A stretch of 64,000 nucleotides of DNA. It comes from an uncultured Candidatus Rokubacteria bacterium. Its GTDB lineage: Bacteria; Methylomirabilota; Methylomirabilia; Rokubacteriales; CSP1-6. Numbering within the stretch: the first letter of the stretch is position 1; each line of letters opens with the position of its first letter. Both the position numbers and the translations under genes were made by a program. Positions 62,380 to 64,000 of this stretch are shown here, piece by piece. Where the stretch lies: contig CAWBMV010000037.1 of assembly GCA_963789955.1 (NCBI GenBank), positions 352,001 through 416,000 on the forward strand, read 5' to 3'. Under the pieces are notes generated by a model that searched no databases, was not told the origin of the DNA, and worked only from the letters and a program-made list of their open reading frames with translations.

Positions 62380-63725
62380 AGCCGAAGCTACTCATCGTCG
62401 AGGACGAAGAGGCCATCCGCACGGAGCTGAGGTCGGCGCTGCGCGACGACTTCACGCTCGTCTTCGCCGAGGGCCGCGCCGAGGCGCTCTCGGCGCTCGC
62501 GTGCGAGCAGCCGGCGGTCGTCAGCCTCGACCTCGGACTGCCGCCCCATCCGGAGAGCTCGGAGTACGGGCTGGAGACGCTCGCCCAGATCATGAAGACC
62601 GCGCCGGCCACCAAGGTCGTGGTCGTCAGCGAGAACGGCGGCCGCGACAGCGCGATTCGCTCGGTCCAGCTCGGCGCGTTCGACTACCATCAGAAGCCCG
62701 TCCAGCTGCAAGACCTGAAGGTCGTGCTCCAGCGGGCGGTCCATCTCGGGACGCTCGAGGCCGAAGCCGAGAAGCGCGCGAACGAGGCCGCGATCGAGTT
62801 CGCCGACATGCTGGGACACACGCCCGCGATGCGCGAGATCTTCGCGGTCGTGAGCCGCATCGCGCGGACCGACGTCACCGTGCTGATCCAGGGCGAGAGC
62901 GGCACGGGCAAGGAGCTCCTGGCGCGGGCCGTCCATGCCAACAGCGCGCGGAGCCACCGGCCGTTCGTGGCGATCAACTGCGGCGCGATCCCGGACACCT
63001 TGCTCGAGTCCGAGCTGTTCGGCCACGAGCGCGGCGCCTACACCGGCGCGCACACGCAGCGAAAGGGCAAGCTCGAGCTGGCGGACGGCGGCACGCTCTT
63101 CCTCGACGAGGTCGGCGAGATGAGCCCGCCGTTGCAAGTCAAGCTCCTCCGCTTTCTGCAGCAGCGCGAGCTCGAGCGCGTCGGGGGCCGCGAGGTGCTT
63201 CGCGTCGACGCCCGCGTGGTCGCCGCGACCAACAAGGACTTGAAGAGCGAGCTCCAGGCGCGGCGGTTCCGTGAGGATCTCTTCTATCGTCTCTCGGTCG
63301 TGAACCTGACCCTCCCGCCGCTGCGCGAGCGCGCGGAGGACATCGTGATCATCGCCAACGCGCTGCTCCAGCGGAGCTGCAAGGCGCACCGGCGGAAGCT
63401 CCGCTTCGGCGGCTCGGCGCTCGAGGCCATCGTCCACCATCCCTGGCCCGGCAACGTCCGCGAGCTCGAGAACGCCGTCGAGCGGGCGGTCCTGATGGCC
63501 GGCGGCAAGGTCGTGGAAGCCCGCGACCTCGGCATCGAAGTCAAGGATCGCCCCGCCACGTCCCTCCGAGAGTCTCGCGACCGGGCGGAGCGGGGTGCCC
63601 TGGTGGAAGCGCTCGTCAAGACGCGCGGGAATATCACCCAGGCCTCCCGCCTGCTGGCGGTGAGCCGCCCGACCATGCACGGACTGATCGGCCGCTACGA
63701 TCTCAGCGCGCGGGATTTTCGGTAG
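62376..63725 (+). CDS. prsR: PrsR-like (PEP-CTERM-box type) sigma54 response regulator
   Basis: KLLIVED, SLDLGLPP.P, GAFDY.QKP, GESGTGKE, GAYTGA, Fis HTH. Confidence 0.82.
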   Translation: MKPKLLIVEDEEAIRTELRSALRDDFTLVFAEGRAEALSALACEQPAVVSLDLGLPPHPESSEYGLETLAQIMKTAPATKVVVVSENGGRDSAIRSVQLGAFDYHQKPVQLQDLKVVLQRAVHLGTLEAEAEKRANEAAIEFADMLGHTPAMREIFAVVSRIARTDVTVLIQGESGTGKELLARAVHANSARSHRPFVAINCGAIPDTLLESELFGHERGAYTGAHTQRKGKLELADGGTLFLDEVGEMSPPLQVKLLRFLQQRELERVGGREVLRVDARVVAATNKDLKSELQARRFREDLFYRLSVVNLTLPPLRERAEDIVIIANALLQRSCKAHRRKLRFGGSALEAIVHHPWPGNVRELENAVERAVLMAGGKVVEARDLGIEVKDRPATSLRESRDRAERGALVEALVKTRGNITQASRLLAVSRPTMHGLIGRYDLSARDFR

Positions 63726-63849
63726 GCGCCGCTGACCGCCCTGATCTGTTCGCCCGCACAAATACAGGCCGTCCCGGCGCTGGCGTGTCAAAATCGACTC
63801 CGTTGACCCGGGAGCGTGCCGTCGGCCGCTCCAGCAAGGAGGATATGCC

Positions 63850-64000
63850 GTGAAATTCGTCATCGCCTGCTCCATGGCCCTTGTGGTGCTTCTCGCGTGG
63901 ACCAGCCCGCCGGCCGCCGTCGAGGACATGGGGCTGATCACCGGAGGCGAGAAAGGCACCTACTATCAGTTCGGCCTCGATCTGCAGAAGCTCGTCAAGC
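63850..64000 (+). CDS. TAXI-family TRAP substrate-binding protein (3' truncated by window edge)
   Basis: AAGGAGG RBS, signal peptide, TGGEKGTYY.FG. Confidence 0.75.
   Translation, partial: MKFVIACSMALVVLLAWTSPPAAVEDMGLITGGEKGTYYQFGLDLQKLVK

Noticed and set aside
63780..63800. Sigma54 promoter before the TAXI gene (TGGCGT...)
   Set aside because: No GC at the -12 position.
1..64000. CRISPR array, tRNA/rRNA, prophage, integrase or anti-phage defence island
   Set aside because: No regularly spaced repeats, cloverleaf or rRNA signatures, or recognisable mobile/defence genes; Lhr sits among housekeeping enzymes.

Overview
GC-rich bacterial chromosomal window with about 60 genes. I found no rRNA, tRNA, CRISPR array, integrase or transposase. 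Gene style suggests a Rokubacteria/Methylomirabilota-like organism, but that is inference only. About 20 genes, including the normally essential nadE, are split by single-base frameshifts, which points to uncorrected long-read errors rather than real pseudogenes. Content in order: Lhr helicase and small enzymes; MarR-RND efflux; peptide ABC transporter; amidase/hydrolase/ADH; carbamoyltransferase; a Liv-type ABC operon carrying an extra large unknown exported protein; aldehyde dehydrogenase and amidase; apbC-LON-PDZ; DegT/GT4/MsbA; nadE; LOG; fdrA-ylbE-molybdoenzyme; and a sigma54 locus (pseudo-receiver activator, wHTH, YvcK, deacetylase, uridine kinase, ATPase-less PrsK, PrsR). Most notable: (1) two copies of an unannotated ~150-165 nt rod-shaped element (24065-24209, 29822-29985) with a conserved, covarying core inside largely unrelated near-perfect outer stems; (2) the sigma54 circuit built from degenerate signalling parts, with three GG-N10-GC promoters and a divergent pair of small DRR-motif proteins; (3) repeated leaderless-type promoters.
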